A stretch of 64,000 nt of DNA from a virus: positions 59,064-123,063 of the IMG/VR virus record IMGVR_UViG_3300017917_004998; one strand, given 5' to 3'. The stretch's first letter is position 1. Every line of letters begins with the position of its first letter. Positions 29,202 through 39,161 of this stretch are shown here, in pieces. Made by a program: the position numbers and the translations under genes. The notes under the pieces were generated by a model. It searched no databases. It was not told the DNA's origin and saw only the letters and a program-made list of their open reading frames with translations.

Positions 29202-29624
29202 CCACTTCAGGGAACACCAATATACTTAGAATTTTTTAAGAACTGACAAATGGAGGAAATTGAAATCACTATTAAGGATCTGCATGATTTTTTAACACTA
29301 CACCCAGAAGAGAAGGGAAATATTTTAATCGAAGGAAAGGATGGATGGTGCGAGATTGATGAATCTGCAATCACTGCTCCAGATTCAGTTTTTTACACTA
29401 TTCGAACTGAGAATGGAAAGGAAGCAAAGTGTTCTCCTGATCACCAGTTCTATAATGACACCTGGATTAAATGTAAATACCTAAATGTTGGCTATCCAAT
29501 TCTAACCGATCTTGGATATTCTAAAATAACACATCTGGAGTTAGAAAAAGAAAAAGCAGACCTTTATGATATTGAAGTGAGAGATTCCCACAATTATTAT
29601 GGAAATGGAATACTCTCCCACAAC
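29127..29624 (+). mobile_element. Atypically split intein in gp46 (IntN 29127-29198, IntC 29250-29624)
   Basis: Cys1 follows GTGK. IntC has KCSPDHQF, LYDIEV and SHN followed by Ser(+1). Two in-frame stops (TAA 29199, TGA 29244) separate the halves. Confidence 0.88.
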
Positions 29625-31169
29625 TCATCCATCTCGCATGCTATTTCGTATGGCCTATATGGAAAGGTTGAAGGAAAAAAACTAAAAGATATACCAAACA
29701 GGATCAATGGTAATGCCTGGGTAAGAATAACACTAGATCATCTGGGATCTTCCGTTGTAATAGAAAGAGGAATAGATCCGAATCTTTTCAGGCTTTTTAT
29801 CGATGGCAAGGAGTTTGATCAAGCAGGAAGCAGATCACTCCAGGATTATCTTACTGATGATATTCTCGGTATTCCATATTACGTGTTCAACAACACGATA
29901 TCTCTTTCCATCAACGACTTCAAGAGCTTTATTAAAATGACACCTCAGGATAAAAGAGGAATCATAGATAAAATATTCGGATTCCACATCCTGAATCAGA
30001 TGAGGGAGATCCTTAAATCCGAGACCAAGAAGATAAAGGAATCACTTGATACACTTTCAGGGAAACTTATTTCACTAGACAGCTCAATCAAGAGCTCTTC
30101 AGCCGAAATGGAATCCCTAATTAATGAAATAGAGGAGGAATCTGTAGCCCTAATCGAAGATCTTACATCTAAGATTACAACATTCGAAAATCTACAAACA
30201 CTCCACAATCAGAAGATGTCTGAATTCAGAATCGGAGAAAGTGAGCTAAATCAGAAAACCAGAAACACCAATTCTCTTTTGATAAATGCGCAGTCCAAAT
30301 TGAGAGATCTGGAGAGAAAGCTAAAACTTTATGATCAGAACATTTGTCCGACTTGTGAGGGATCCCTGGAAACCGATTTTCACGCCAATATGAAATCGTC
30401 TATGTTATCTGAAAAAAAATCTATTGATGACAACATAGCAGAGATAGAGAAAACGCTAGGAGAACTTAGAATTCTCGAATTAAATTGCGTTACAACCAGA
30501 AACGAACTTGTTGAAAAGGGAATGAAAATAAAGAATAAGCTTGATTCAATCCATCAAGAATTAAAGCTTCTAAAATCTAAAAAGGGAGACAAACAGGCAC
30601 AGTCTTTACAAAGAATCATAGATTCTCTTACTTCAGATCAGGAAAATACAATCTCGATCAAATTCAAAGAGGAAGAAAAACACAATTGGCTTAAAACTAT
30701 CGACGAAATACTTGGCGAGAAGGGTGTTAAACAGATGGCGATTAGAACCATTCTACCTTCTCTAAATTCAGAAATTCTAGAGCTTCTGAGAAAGATGAAT
30801 CTAAGCTACCAGGTAGTTTTTGACGAGGAATTTAATGCCATGATATATCAGATGGGAATTGAGGTTCCGTCGCAGACATTAAGCACTGGTGAAATGAAAA
30901 AAATAGATTTCGTTGTTCTGGTTGCGATTATGAAGCTTATGAAGCTTAAATTTAGCTCGATAAATCTTCTTTTCCTCGATGAGCTTTTCAGCTCTGTTGA
31001 TCCAGAAGGTGTTCATTCGATCCTTGGGATTCTCAAAAATTCCTGCTCTGAACTTGGACTAAATATATTCGTCATTAATCACGCACCTATGCCACATGAG
31101 ATATTTGATTGGAAAATAGATGTTCAGAAAAAGAACAACTTCTCGTCTTTTACACTCGAGAAAATTTAA
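29250..31169 (+). CDS. gp46-like ATPase part 2 (IntC + C-extein)
   Basis: After SHN come SSISHAISYGLYGK, a coiled coil, the zinc hook CPTC, signature LSTGE and Walker B LFLDELF. Confidence 0.9.
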   Translation: MEEIEITIKDLHDFLTLHPEEKGNILIEGKDGWCEIDESAITAPDSVFYTIRTENGKEAKCSPDHQFYNDTWIKCKYLNVGYPILTDLGYSKITHLELEKEKADLYDIEVRDSHNYYGNGILSHNSSISHAISYGLYGKVEGKKLKDIPNRINGNAWVRITLDHLGSSVVIERGIDPNLFRLFIDGKEFDQAGSRSLQDYLTDDILGIPYYVFNNTISLSINDFKSFIKMTPQDKRGIIDKIFGFHILNQMREILKSETKKIKESLDTLSGKLISLDSSIKSSSAEMESLINEIEEESVALIEDLTSKITTFENLQTLHNQKMSEFRIGESELNQKTRNTNSLLINAQSKLRDLERKLKLYDQNICPTCEGSLETDFHANMKSSMLSEKKSIDDNIAEIEKTLGELRILELNCVTTRNELVEKGMKIKNKLDSIHQELKLLKSKKGDKQAQSLQRIIDSLTSDQENTISIKFKEEEKHNWLKTIDEILGEKGVKQMAIRTILPSLNSEILELLRKMNLSYQVVFDEEFNAMIYQMGIEVPSQTLSTGEMKKIDFVVLVAIMKLMKLKFSSINLLFLDELFSSVDPEGVHSILGILKNSCSELGLNIFVINHAPMPHEIFDWKIDVQKKNNFSSFTLEKI

Positions 31170-31221
31170 CCATCATAAGCGAACAGCTACTCTGGATATA
31201 TAAAAGAAATATCCAGAGGGT

Positions 31222-32100
31222 TTGAAACCGTTACCAAAGCTTAGTAGACAGAAGAACTTGCAGATCAATAGGGTAAACCTTAATGATAAGGGTTTGCCTG
31301 GAGTTGCTTCAACCTTGATAGTTCCAGAAACACAAGGACTGGGTTTACTTGGAATCGGCAAGCTTGCTCCTCTGCCGGTTAAGGTTCCTGGCTATGATCC
31401 AGTTGTAAACGATAAAAACAAACCTGTAATTTCAACCAGAACTATATTAACTTATTCTTATCTGTTTGTACAGTATGAAAATACATACATACCTGCAGGT
31501 GACGAAAAATTGTACTCTTTTGCAGTAATACTTCCTTTGCAGCCGATGACGGTCAACGAATGTGCATCACAGCTTGGGGTTTTAGCAAAAAACGTCACAG
31601 GACTGACATTAGATCAATATCAAACTGGAACCTTTCAGCATCCTGTTTACACTAATCAAAACAACACACCTTTGGTTTTAAGGTATTCTGAACTTCCTGT
31701 TGTTCCGCAAACAACACCAGGTAGACTCGATAACGTTCCTCTTGGCTATCCGAATTTCATCTATCAGAAATCTCCAATCACCACCCAACAAGGACCTATA
31801 CCTTCCCCACCACTCCCTGATTTTATTACGAGCAGAGGAAATACTGGAGCGACAGCAATCAATGTTGGCGGAACAGTAGGATTTATCGATGCATCGGTAA
31901 GGAATCCGTATTCATGGAGACCCACTGCTTGGTCTTGGGATTTTGGTGGAACAGGAGCCAGTGCAGGTGCAACCGGATTAACTGCAGAAAATCCAATAGT
32001 TCTTTTCTTGTCTACTGGAACGTACACAGTTACTCTAACAGCAAGTAACGCATACGGTTCTGCAAGCATCACAAAAAATAGCTTTGTTACTGTCACATAA
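31222..32100 (+). CDS. Virion structural protein with C-terminal PKD domain
   Basis: VGFIDAS..PTAWSWDFG...NPIV.F...GTYTVTLTASN PKD motif. GATATATA lies at 31195-31202. Confidence 0.7.
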   Translation: MKPLPKLSRQKNLQINRVNLNDKGLPGVASTLIVPETQGLGLLGIGKLAPLPVKVPGYDPVVNDKNKPVISTRTILTYSYLFVQYENTYIPAGDEKLYSFAVILPLQPMTVNECASQLGVLAKNVTGLTLDQYQTGTFQHPVYTNQNNTPLVLRYSELPVVPQTTPGRLDNVPLGYPNFIYQKSPITTQQGPIPSPPLPDFITSRGNTGATAINVGGTVGFIDASVRNPYSWRPTAWSWDFGGTGASAGATGLTAENPIVLFLSTGTYTVTLTASNAYGSASITKNSFVTVT

Positions 32101-32103
32101 TTT

Positions 32104-32850
32104 ATGGCACAATTCTTAGAAAAATATAATATTGACGAGGTCTTCCTAAGGAATGTCATTGTCGGAATGCTGAAAACATTAAACGACAAACTAACCTACA
32201 CACAGATCAACGAACAGCAGGAAGTCCTTGAAGTTTTTGTACCATTTTTCTATTCTATGTCTGGCGATGAGAGTTTTCTACAGGATTTCTATATGGACTA
32301 TATAGACTGTGATGGACAATCGCCTTTTGCAGAGGGAAACTATGACGTTGTACCAAGAGGAATTCTAAACCTAAATGGCGTAAATATAGAAACGAATGCC
32401 ATAACGAATGGCTTTGTTAGAGCAACGTACAACACTGAGGATCTTCAGGGCCAAATGAAAGCCCTTTCTGCATATACAAATTTTATTCCTCTTTCTCTAA
32501 GCTTTGATATTACTATTAGGACAGATACACTCTTAGACACGTTCAAGATATTCCAATCATCAATTCAATCTTTTTATAAGGTCTACTCCTTCTCTGTTGA
32601 ATTTGGTGGTATGAGAATCCCTGTTCAAGTTGGATTTCCTGAGCAATATCCAAACGATAAACAAATAGAATTTTCTTATGGCTCAACCCAGAAATGGATT
32701 GAAACTAAGTTTTCTATTACCGTTGAAACATACTTCCCTCAGAAAAATCTAAACACAGAAAGATTCAGAGGCAATCTCATGCAAGCTGGCATTAGATTAC
32801 AGATCAACATTGACGATCCTATTCCGAGAAACGACAGCTCTTTATTCTAA
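32104..32850 (+). CDS. Tail terminator/completion protein (T4 gp15-like)
   Basis: FLRNVIVGM..LN, VPFFYS, VPR and PLSLSFDITI pattern, in a structural gene context. Confidence 0.6.
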   Translation: MAQFLEKYNIDEVFLRNVIVGMLKTLNDKLTYTQINEQQEVLEVFVPFFYSMSGDESFLQDFYMDYIDCDGQSPFAEGNYDVVPRGILNLNGVNIETNAITNGFVRATYNTEDLQGQMKALSAYTNFIPLSLSFDITIRTDTLLDTFKIFQSSIQSFYKVYSFSVEFGGMRIPVQVGFPEQYPNDKQIEFSYGSTQKWIETKFSITVETYFPQKNLNTERFRGNLMQAGIRLQINIDDPIPRNDSSLF

Positions 32851-32926
32851 TCCTGCAATTGGCTTACAAGCAGATTTTGGTTTTCGGCTATCGATATATA
32901 GTTGAAAGAAATCCTGATTTTTTGCT

Positions 32927-33241
32927 ATGCCTAACAATTATCCAAATAGTCCTATTATAGATCCCGGATTAAGCGTTAGAATTATCGACGGATCAACAAG
33001 CCAGACCTTAGATCAGCTCTATTTCATCGGAACTGCTAACAATTACGTTACTAAAACTAGCAAGACTGAAATACAGAACTATTCAACATTTGGCAATTTC
33101 TGGCTGAAAGAAGCAAACTACATAGATTCTTTCAGAGACATCCTAGACGGTGGTGATTCTGAGAACACTACAGCCCAATTTACCGGACCGATAATAGGTG
33201 GTGAATTCCCAACAAAAACATCACTGTTAAATCAGATTTAA
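32927..33241 (+). CDS. Hypothetical structural protein
   Basis: GATATATA at 32893-32900. It leads the fibre gene cluster. Confidence 0.55.
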   Translation: MPNNYPNSPIIDPGLSVRIIDGSTSQTLDQLYFIGTANNYVTKTSKTEIQNYSTFGNFWLKEANYIDSFRDILDGGDSENTTAQFTGPIIGGEFPTKTSLLNQI

Positions 33242-33244
33242 GAT

Positions 33245-33427
33245 ATGGCTTTTAGAATACAAATAAGAAGAGACACCACAATAAATTGGGCAGCAGTTAA
33301 CCCAATTCTGCTGGAAGGAGAAATGGGACTAGATACCACACTAAACTGCCTGAAGATAGGCGACGGAGTTACCTCATGGAATAGTCTACCTTATTTCATG
33401 TGTCAAGGAGCAACCGGACCGGCATAA
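33245..33427 (+). CDS. Stand-alone Mtd_N/hyaluronidase-N-type fibre attachment domain
   Basis: RIQIRRDT..NW...NPILLEGEMGLDT....KIGDG.T.WN.LPY motif. Confidence 0.7.
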   Translation: MAFRIQIRRDTTINWAAVNPILLEGEMGLDTTLNCLKIGDGVTSWNSLPYFMCQGATGPA

Positions 33428-33451
33428 ATACAAAAAGAATCAAAAGAGAAA

Positions 33452-34174
33452 ATGGCTTTTAGAATACAAATAAGAAGAGATTCAGCATTAAACTGGCAAA
33501 TCAACAACCCAGTACTTTTGCAAGCAGAAATGGGATACGTTACTGATACCAATCAAGCAAAGTTTGGTGATGGTATGAGCCCATGGAATGATCTTGATTA
33601 CTTCACACCAGAGGGAAATCCTGGACCAACCGGAGCAACAGGACCCAGCCTAGCAGTACTTGATAATGGCGTACAGATAGTAACCGGTGCAACAGGTATA
33701 GATTTTTCGGGTCCTGGATTTACCGTAACAAATGTCGGATCAAAAGCAACAGTTACATTGGATGGAAATGTACCAACTACTGCAACACCTACATATGTAC
33801 TAAAAGTAAAATATTCATCAGGTATTATAGATTCATCTGAACCCTTTCCTGCAGCACAAGGTCCTACTGGTGCAAGTCTAATCGGAGCATCAGGATGGAC
33901 ATTTACTAGAAATTCAACATCTGAATTAACGATTAACCATCCTTTAAATAATTTTGCTGTTAATTTAATGACACATGCTGAGACTAGCTCAGGTACTTAT
34001 ATCTCCAGATCTATAAGCGGGGTTACAGCAGGAAATTATATAAATCAACTATCGTCTCTCGGTACTATAAATATAAAAGGATTAGATGGAACAAATACAG
34101 GTATAAATACGAACAGTGGGCCATTTTACATGTTCTTAACATGGCAATTTCCAACAGCTAGTATATTTATATAA
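33452..34174 (+). CDS. Tail fibre/adhesin with Mtd_N-type domain and short collagen-like segment
   Basis: Same N-terminal domain, then GNPGPTGATGP and a beta-rich C-terminus. Confidence 0.7.
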   Translation: MAFRIQIRRDSALNWQINNPVLLQAEMGYVTDTNQAKFGDGMSPWNDLDYFTPEGNPGPTGATGPSLAVLDNGVQIVTGATGIDFSGPGFTVTNVGSKATVTLDGNVPTTATPTYVLKVKYSSGIIDSSEPFPAAQGPTGASLIGASGWTFTRNSTSELTINHPLNNFAVNLMTHAETSSGTYISRSISGVTAGNYINQLSSLGTINIKGLDGTNTGINTNSGPFYMFLTWQFPTASIFI

Positions 34175-34345
34175 TTTTTTTGCTCACTTTAAAATAGATT
34201 TCTTGAATTTCTTAAATTATAGTTAAATTTAAAATTAAGATTTTCGCATTTAGTTAACATATTGTTTTATCTTTTCGTGTGGAACAATCCATAGTGATTT
34301 GTTCTAAAAAGAACTAGCCTAATAGTTTTTTAGAACATCCATTAT

Positions 34346-35002
34346 ATGCGCAAAGTTTTAATTGGAACACCTTCGTATGACGGAAAGATAGATGTCTGGT
34401 TTGCAAACTCTTTGGTTTCAACCGTCAAAGAGTCCATAGAAAAAGATATCCACGTTCATGCTATATACACAAGTTATGACTCTCTAGTACAGAGAGCAAG
34501 GAATTCCCTTGTGAAACTAGCTCTTGATGGTGGATATGACGATCTGTTTTTCATAGATGCAGACGTTGAATGGGAAACCGAATGGTTCTTCAATCTTTTG
34601 GAAAGACCCGAACCGGTAGTAGGTGGTGCTCTAGTTAAGAAAACAGATAAGGAAGGTTACACAGTAAAACTTGTAGACAAGGATCTTAAATGGTCAAACG
34701 ATGGAAAAATCTTAGAAGTCGACGGTGTCGGAACTGGATTTCTAAAAATCTCTCGTTTTGCACTTGAAAAACTCTGGGAGATGTCAGAAGAGTACGAGAG
34801 CGAGAAAGAAAAGCATCGAATGGTTTTCGACATTAAGGTTGAGAATGGTGATCTAATTAGTGAAGACTATATAATGTGCAACAAGTGGAAGAGTCTAGGA
34901 TATAAAGTATGGCTAGATCCAACTATTACCTGCAATCACGTTGGTATAAAAAAATTCAAAGGAAATTTCTCACAATACATTAAACAAAATGGATACATTT
35001 GA
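34346..35002 (+). CDS. GT-A fold glycosyltransferase (phage type)
   Basis: VLIGTPSY, SLVQRARN, LFFIDAD, GTGFL and SEDY motifs. Confidence 0.75.
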   Translation: MRKVLIGTPSYDGKIDVWFANSLVSTVKESIEKDIHVHAIYTSYDSLVQRARNSLVKLALDGGYDDLFFIDADVEWETEWFFNLLERPEPVVGGALVKKTDKEGYTVKLVDKDLKWSNDGKILEVDGVGTGFLKISRFALEKLWEMSEEYESEKEKHRMVFDIKVENGDLISEDYIMCNKWKSLGYKVWLDPTITCNHVGIKKFKGNFSQYIKQNGYI

Positions 35003-35927
35003 TAGACCCCTCGGAGGTACCGAACTGATGTTCGATGAGCTCCAATCCAGATTAACTGAAGAACATAAAGAAACGTTCAGCATCTTCAATTACCTGCCTG
35101 ATGCTGACTTCAGTAAATTTACAATATTTTGGAATCAGCTTTCTTATGACCAAGAGGCAGTATCTTTTTTGAAAGATCCTGAGATGGTAGAGAAGATCGG
35201 ACATTTCGTTTTCGTTAGCCATTGGCAAGCGGAAAAGTTCAGACAGATCTTTAGTATACCTGGTTACAAAACAAGCGTAATCAAAAATGCTGCTCTACCA
35301 ACAGTAAGAAGACAGACTGGAAAAAGAGAAGTTGTGAAGCTTTGCTATACCTCAACACCTTGGAGAGGATTAAATGTGTTGCTTGCAGCTTGGGAAACAC
35401 TACAGCCAAAAGATGCTGAATTACATGTTTTCTCTTCTTGCAACATTTACGGTCCAGAGTTTGCAAAAAATGACGAAAGCTATCAAGAACTTTACGATAA
35501 ATGCAACGAGCTGGAAGGTGTAGTATACAGAGGAAGCGTTAGCAATTTCAATCTTAGAAAAGAATTGCCAGCATTCGATATTTTAGCTTATCCAAGCACA
35601 TTCGAAGAAACCTCGTGCATATCTGTAATCGAAGCATTATCATGTGGTCTTAAAGTAGTTACCAGCAATATTGGTGCTTTGCCTGAAACAACAGAGGGCT
35701 GGGCACGAATGTACCCGATCCTGAATTCTCCCGAATTGCACGCAATGAGGTTCGCAAACATCTTGAACGACGAGATCCAAAAAATCAGAAACAACGAAGA
35801 GGAACAACATCTAACATCACAGACGAAAATCTATAACCAACGTTGGACCTGGGATTTTAGAATTAAAGAATGGAACGAATTACTGGATGAATTATCAGCA
35901 GCTGTTCTTGCAAGTCAACCCCAATAA
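34989..35927 (+). CDS. GT4 (GT-B) glycosyltransferase
   Basis: YTSTPWRGL and AYPSTFEETSCISVIEALSCG motifs. Confidence 0.8.
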   Translation: MDTFDRPLGGTELMFDELQSRLTEEHKETFSIFNYLPDADFSKFTIFWNQLSYDQEAVSFLKDPEMVEKIGHFVFVSHWQAEKFRQIFSIPGYKTSVIKNAALPTVRRQTGKREVVKLCYTSTPWRGLNVLLAAWETLQPKDAELHVFSSCNIYGPEFAKNDESYQELYDKCNELEGVVYRGSVSNFNLRKELPAFDILAYPSTFEETSCISVIEALSCGLKVVTSNIGALPETTEGWARMYPILNSPELHAMRFANILNDEIQKIRNNEEEQHLTSQTKIYNQRWTWDFRIKEWNELLDELSAAVLASQPQ

Positions 35928-36501
35928 CTTTTTAGACATTGGAGCTCACGTTGGTGATTTCACTCTAAATGTCAAAAAAGCATTTCCTCAATGCCAAACC
36001 GTAATGGTTGAGGCAAACCCTTTCTGTGAAGAGCACCTGCAAAAGCTTGGGTTACCGTATGAAATGATTGCACTATCTAGTTTTGCCGGCAGTTCGGAAT
36101 TGTTTATCGAAACGAGAAATAGAATAGGCAGCGGAGCTTCGATTTTTAAAGAGAATACCGAATGGTACTCTGAAAATAATTTCGAAAAAGTCTCAGTGTC
36201 AACGGATACTCTAGACAATAGAAACTATTTCGCAGATCAGATGATAGATCTTGTCAAAATTGATGTTCAGGGTTCTGAACTTGAGATATTGAATGGAGGG
36301 AGAAAAACAATAAGACGATCTAAATTTGTTCTACTTGAGGTATCAACTTTACAGTACAATCTGAATGCCCCTCTCATGGATAAGATAGTAGAAAAGATGA
36401 AGGAATACGAATTTAAGATCGACGAAATTCTTGACTACAACAGATTGAGCAACGGCCAAATTTTCCAAATGGACATACTTTTTAAAAATACCTACGCATA
36501 A
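35887..36501 (+). CDS. FkbM-family methyltransferase
   Basis: LDIGAHVG, MVEANP and KIDVQGSE motifs. The start is uncertain. Confidence 0.8.
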   Translation: MNYQQLFLQVNPNNFLDIGAHVGDFTLNVKKAFPQCQTVMVEANPFCEEHLQKLGLPYEMIALSSFAGSSELFIETRNRIGSGASIFKENTEWYSENNFEKVSVSTDTLDNRNYFADQMIDLVKIDVQGSELEILNGGRKTIRRSKFVLLEVSTLQYNLNAPLMDKIVEKMKEYEFKIDEILDYNRLSNGQIFQMDILFKNTYA

Positions 36502-37322
36502 TGATAAAAAAAATATTCTACAATAGCTCGATGCCAAGGTCTGGATCGACGCTAATGCAAAACATATTGGGACAAAACCCTGATATGTTTACCACTCCGA
36601 CTTCGGGACTGTTCGAGATGTTAGCAGCATCAAGAACCATCTTTACCGACGGTTTAGAATTTAAAGCACAGGACGAACAGCAAATGCTTGCTGGATTTAA
36701 AGGATACCTAAAATCAGGACTTTATGGATTCTACAGCAACATTACGGATAAACCATACGTTGTTGATAAGTGTAGAGGATGGAATTCCGAATGGGAATTT
36801 GTAAATGCTTTCGATCCAAATCCAAAGATGATCTGTATGATCAGAGACATTAGAGCAGTCTACGCATCTCTTGAGAAGAAATTCAGAAAGAATCCACTGT
36901 TAGACCACCACTTGGCAAACTGGGGTAATTTATCTGGTACCACAACAGATAAGAGAGTTGATGTTTGGAGTGCAAATCCACCGATCGGACCCAGCATGGA
37001 CAGGATCTACCAAGTACTTGTACAAGGCCTGCACAAAAATATTCTGTTCGTTAAATTCGAGGATCTAACAACGAATCCCGAGCAAGAGATGAAAAGGGTC
37101 TATGACTACCTGGAACTCCCATATTATCAACACGACTTTAATAATATAAACCAGGTAACACACGAGGATGATAAATGGTATGGAATTTTTGGTGACCATA
37201 TTATCCGCAAAGAGATAAAGCCAGTGAAAGAAGATTTCAGAGAAGTTTTGGGAGTTAACGCGTGTCGTTTAATCGAACAGAACTATGCTTGGTTTTTTAA
37301 CGATTTCGAATACAAAATTTGA
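36501..37322 (+). CDS. Sulfotransferase
   Basis: SMPRSGSTL PAPS-binding loop, RDIRAVYAS and VKFEDL motifs. Confidence 0.8.
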   Translation: MIKKIFYNSSMPRSGSTLMQNILGQNPDMFTTPTSGLFEMLAASRTIFTDGLEFKAQDEQQMLAGFKGYLKSGLYGFYSNITDKPYVVDKCRGWNSEWEFVNAFDPNPKMICMIRDIRAVYASLEKKFRKNPLLDHHLANWGNLSGTTTDKRVDVWSANPPIGPSMDRIYQVLVQGLHKNILFVKFEDLTTNPEQEMKRVYDYLELPYYQHDFNNINQVTHEDDKWYGIFGDHIIRKEIKPVKEDFREVLGVNACRLIEQNYAWFFNDFEYKI

Positions 37323-38335
37323 TTATGAAAGTAGGACACAAAATAAACAAACCAGAAGAATTTAAATCTGTCACAACACCAGAGGGAAATGCATCTCCAG
37401 TTGTGGTATCAGTAGCACAAGCAAACGAGACAAATCCAGTTGATTCTTTCCTTGTGTGGCACATCGAGGGCGGTCTTGGAAAAAACATTGCAGCAACTGG
37501 ACTAATAAGCTCTCTTGCAAAAAAATACAAAAACAGAAAGATCGTTATTGTTGCTTCTTATCCTGAGGTATTTCTAAACCACCCAGATGTTTACAGAGTG
37601 TATCGTGTTGGTATGACCTCTTATTTTTATCACGATTACATCTTAGGAAAGGATACTATTGTATTCCGTCAAGAACCTTATTTTCAATCTGGACATATCA
37701 TGAGGAAAAAGCATTTGATAGAAAACTGGTGCAATCTTCTTGATATTGAATACCAAAACCAAAAGCCAAGTCTCCATATGAACATGGTTCAAAATCAATT
37801 GACCGGAATTTGGAACAGAGAGAAGCCAATCCTTCTGATTCAAACCAACGGTGGACCTTTCCAGGGACAGAATTTGAATTACACCTGGACACGTGATATG
37901 CCAATAGATCTAGCTCTTCATATTGCTGAGAAATTCAGAAAAGATTTCCACATCATTCAATTAACCCGTGAAGGATCTTATAAATTACAAGGAGTTGAAG
38001 TTGTCGATTATCAAATGACCAATATGGAATTAATTGGACTTCTAATGTCTTCTAATAAAAGGTTCTTAATTGACTCGTCATTACAACACGCAGCTTCAGC
38101 TTTCAATTTGCAATCTGTTGTATTTTGGATTGGAACAGCATCTGAGAATTTTGGCTACGATTCGCACATCAACATCAATGCACTACCACCAAAAGGAAAC
38201 GTGAAAATGATTGATTCTTATCTGTTCGACTATTCTTTTGATGGAGCGATTCACGAATGCCCATACAATAGCGTTAACGAAATGTTCGATGCTCAAGAAT
38301 TGGATAAAATTATCTACAGATATTCAAAAAACTAA
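37319..38335 (+). CDS. GT9-like glycosyltransferase
   Basis: IEGGLGKNI and IDSSLQHAASA..SVVFW..FGY motifs. Confidence 0.7.
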   Translation: MIMKVGHKINKPEEFKSVTTPEGNASPVVVSVAQANETNPVDSFLVWHIEGGLGKNIAATGLISSLAKKYKNRKIVIVASYPEVFLNHPDVYRVYRVGMTSYFYHDYILGKDTIVFRQEPYFQSGHIMRKKHLIENWCNLLDIEYQNQKPSLHMNMVQNQLTGIWNREKPILLIQTNGGPFQGQNLNYTWTRDMPIDLALHIAEKFRKDFHIIQLTREGSYKLQGVEVVDYQMTNMELIGLLMSSNKRFLIDSSLQHAASAFNLQSVVFWIGTASENFGYDSHININALPPKGNVKMIDSYLFDYSFDGAIHECPYNSVNEMFDAQELDKIIYRYSKN

Positions 38336-38369
38336 AAAAAAGAAAAATATATATAAAAAAAATTAACAT

Positions 38370-38750
38370 ATGTCACATAAATTAGTTTCAAACAGTTCCG
38401 TTGTTTATAACGCACAAACTCTTCAGTCTTCAATCTTGACGATTGTTTCAAAACAGGTTAACTTCATGGACAACGATCAAATGGGCCCATTCGGTGGCGG
38501 TGGTGGTGAAATGCACCAGGTACAGATTAGTGGTGCTTTATTCGCTGATTATGCAACCAACACACAATCACGTTTGGAGGGATTCAACTACACTTTGACC
38601 GAAGAAGAGTGGGACACCTTCTACAATGCACAAACTTTTGAAGGAACTACTCCTTACGACAAAGTGATGGAATGCAGCTTGATGTACATCAAATCTAATT
38701 TGCAGAACATGTTCGGATTAACTCCAAGCGATTGGGATTACGAAGAATAA
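38370..38750 (+). CDS. Hypothetical protein
   Basis: Own upstream AATATATA (38346-38353) and a downstream terminator. Confidence 0.65.
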   Translation: MSHKLVSNSSVVYNAQTLQSSILTIVSKQVNFMDNDQMGPFGGGGGEMHQVQISGALFADYATNTQSRLEGFNYTLTEEEWDTFYNAQTFEGTTPYDKVMECSLMYIKSNLQNMFGLTPSDWDYEE

Positions 38751-38776
38751 TTAACACAAAATATTCAACATATAAG

Positions 38777-38805
38777 AAACCCCGTGCAGGAGCATGGGGT
38801 TTTTT
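38777..38805 (+). terminator. Intrinsic terminator
   Basis: aaaccccgtgc-agga-gcatggggttttt stem followed by a U-tract. Confidence 0.75.
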
Positions 38806-38883
38806 GTGCTCAACCGGATAATTCTAAAATTTGCATCAGTACTAGGAATATTTCGGTACTGATGCTATATAAAGAACTAAACT

Positions 38884-39156
38884 ATGGAAAAGAACGTAAC
38901 ACTAACTAAAGAAGAGATGGATAGCATTATCCAACTTAGAGGTGAGATCAGAGAAAATACTGCTGAGTCTGGCCGTTTAAACATCCAAAAACATTTCATT
39001 CAGGCAGAATTGGATGTGATCAATTTGAGATTGTCTGAAGTTTACAAAAATGCGGAACATCTCGATGCAAGAGAAAAGGAAAAGATCGATGAGATTGTTG
39101 CAAAATACGGAGAAGGCCAATTGGATTTCGCTACCGGGATCTACCAGGTTAACTAA
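38884..39156 (+). CDS. Small coiled-coil protein
   Basis: ORF ending KYGEGQLDFATG, preceded by a TATATA box. Confidence 0.65.
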   Translation: MEKNVTLTKEEMDSIIQLRGEIRENTAESGRLNIQKHFIQAELDVINLRLSEVYKNAEHLDAREKEKIDEIVAKYGEGQLDFATGIYQVN

Positions 39157-39161
39157 TCAAT

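Noticed and set aside
29199-29249. Stop-codon reassignment or readthrough joining the gp46 halves
   Set aside because: Both TAA and TGA would have to be read through, and TAA, TAG and TGA all end ordinary genes in this window.
33245-34174. Diversity-generating retroelement (Mtd-like domain plus repeat)
   Set aside because: No reverse transcriptase is seen. The repeat is at the 5' end and is exact, with no adenine-specific mismatches.
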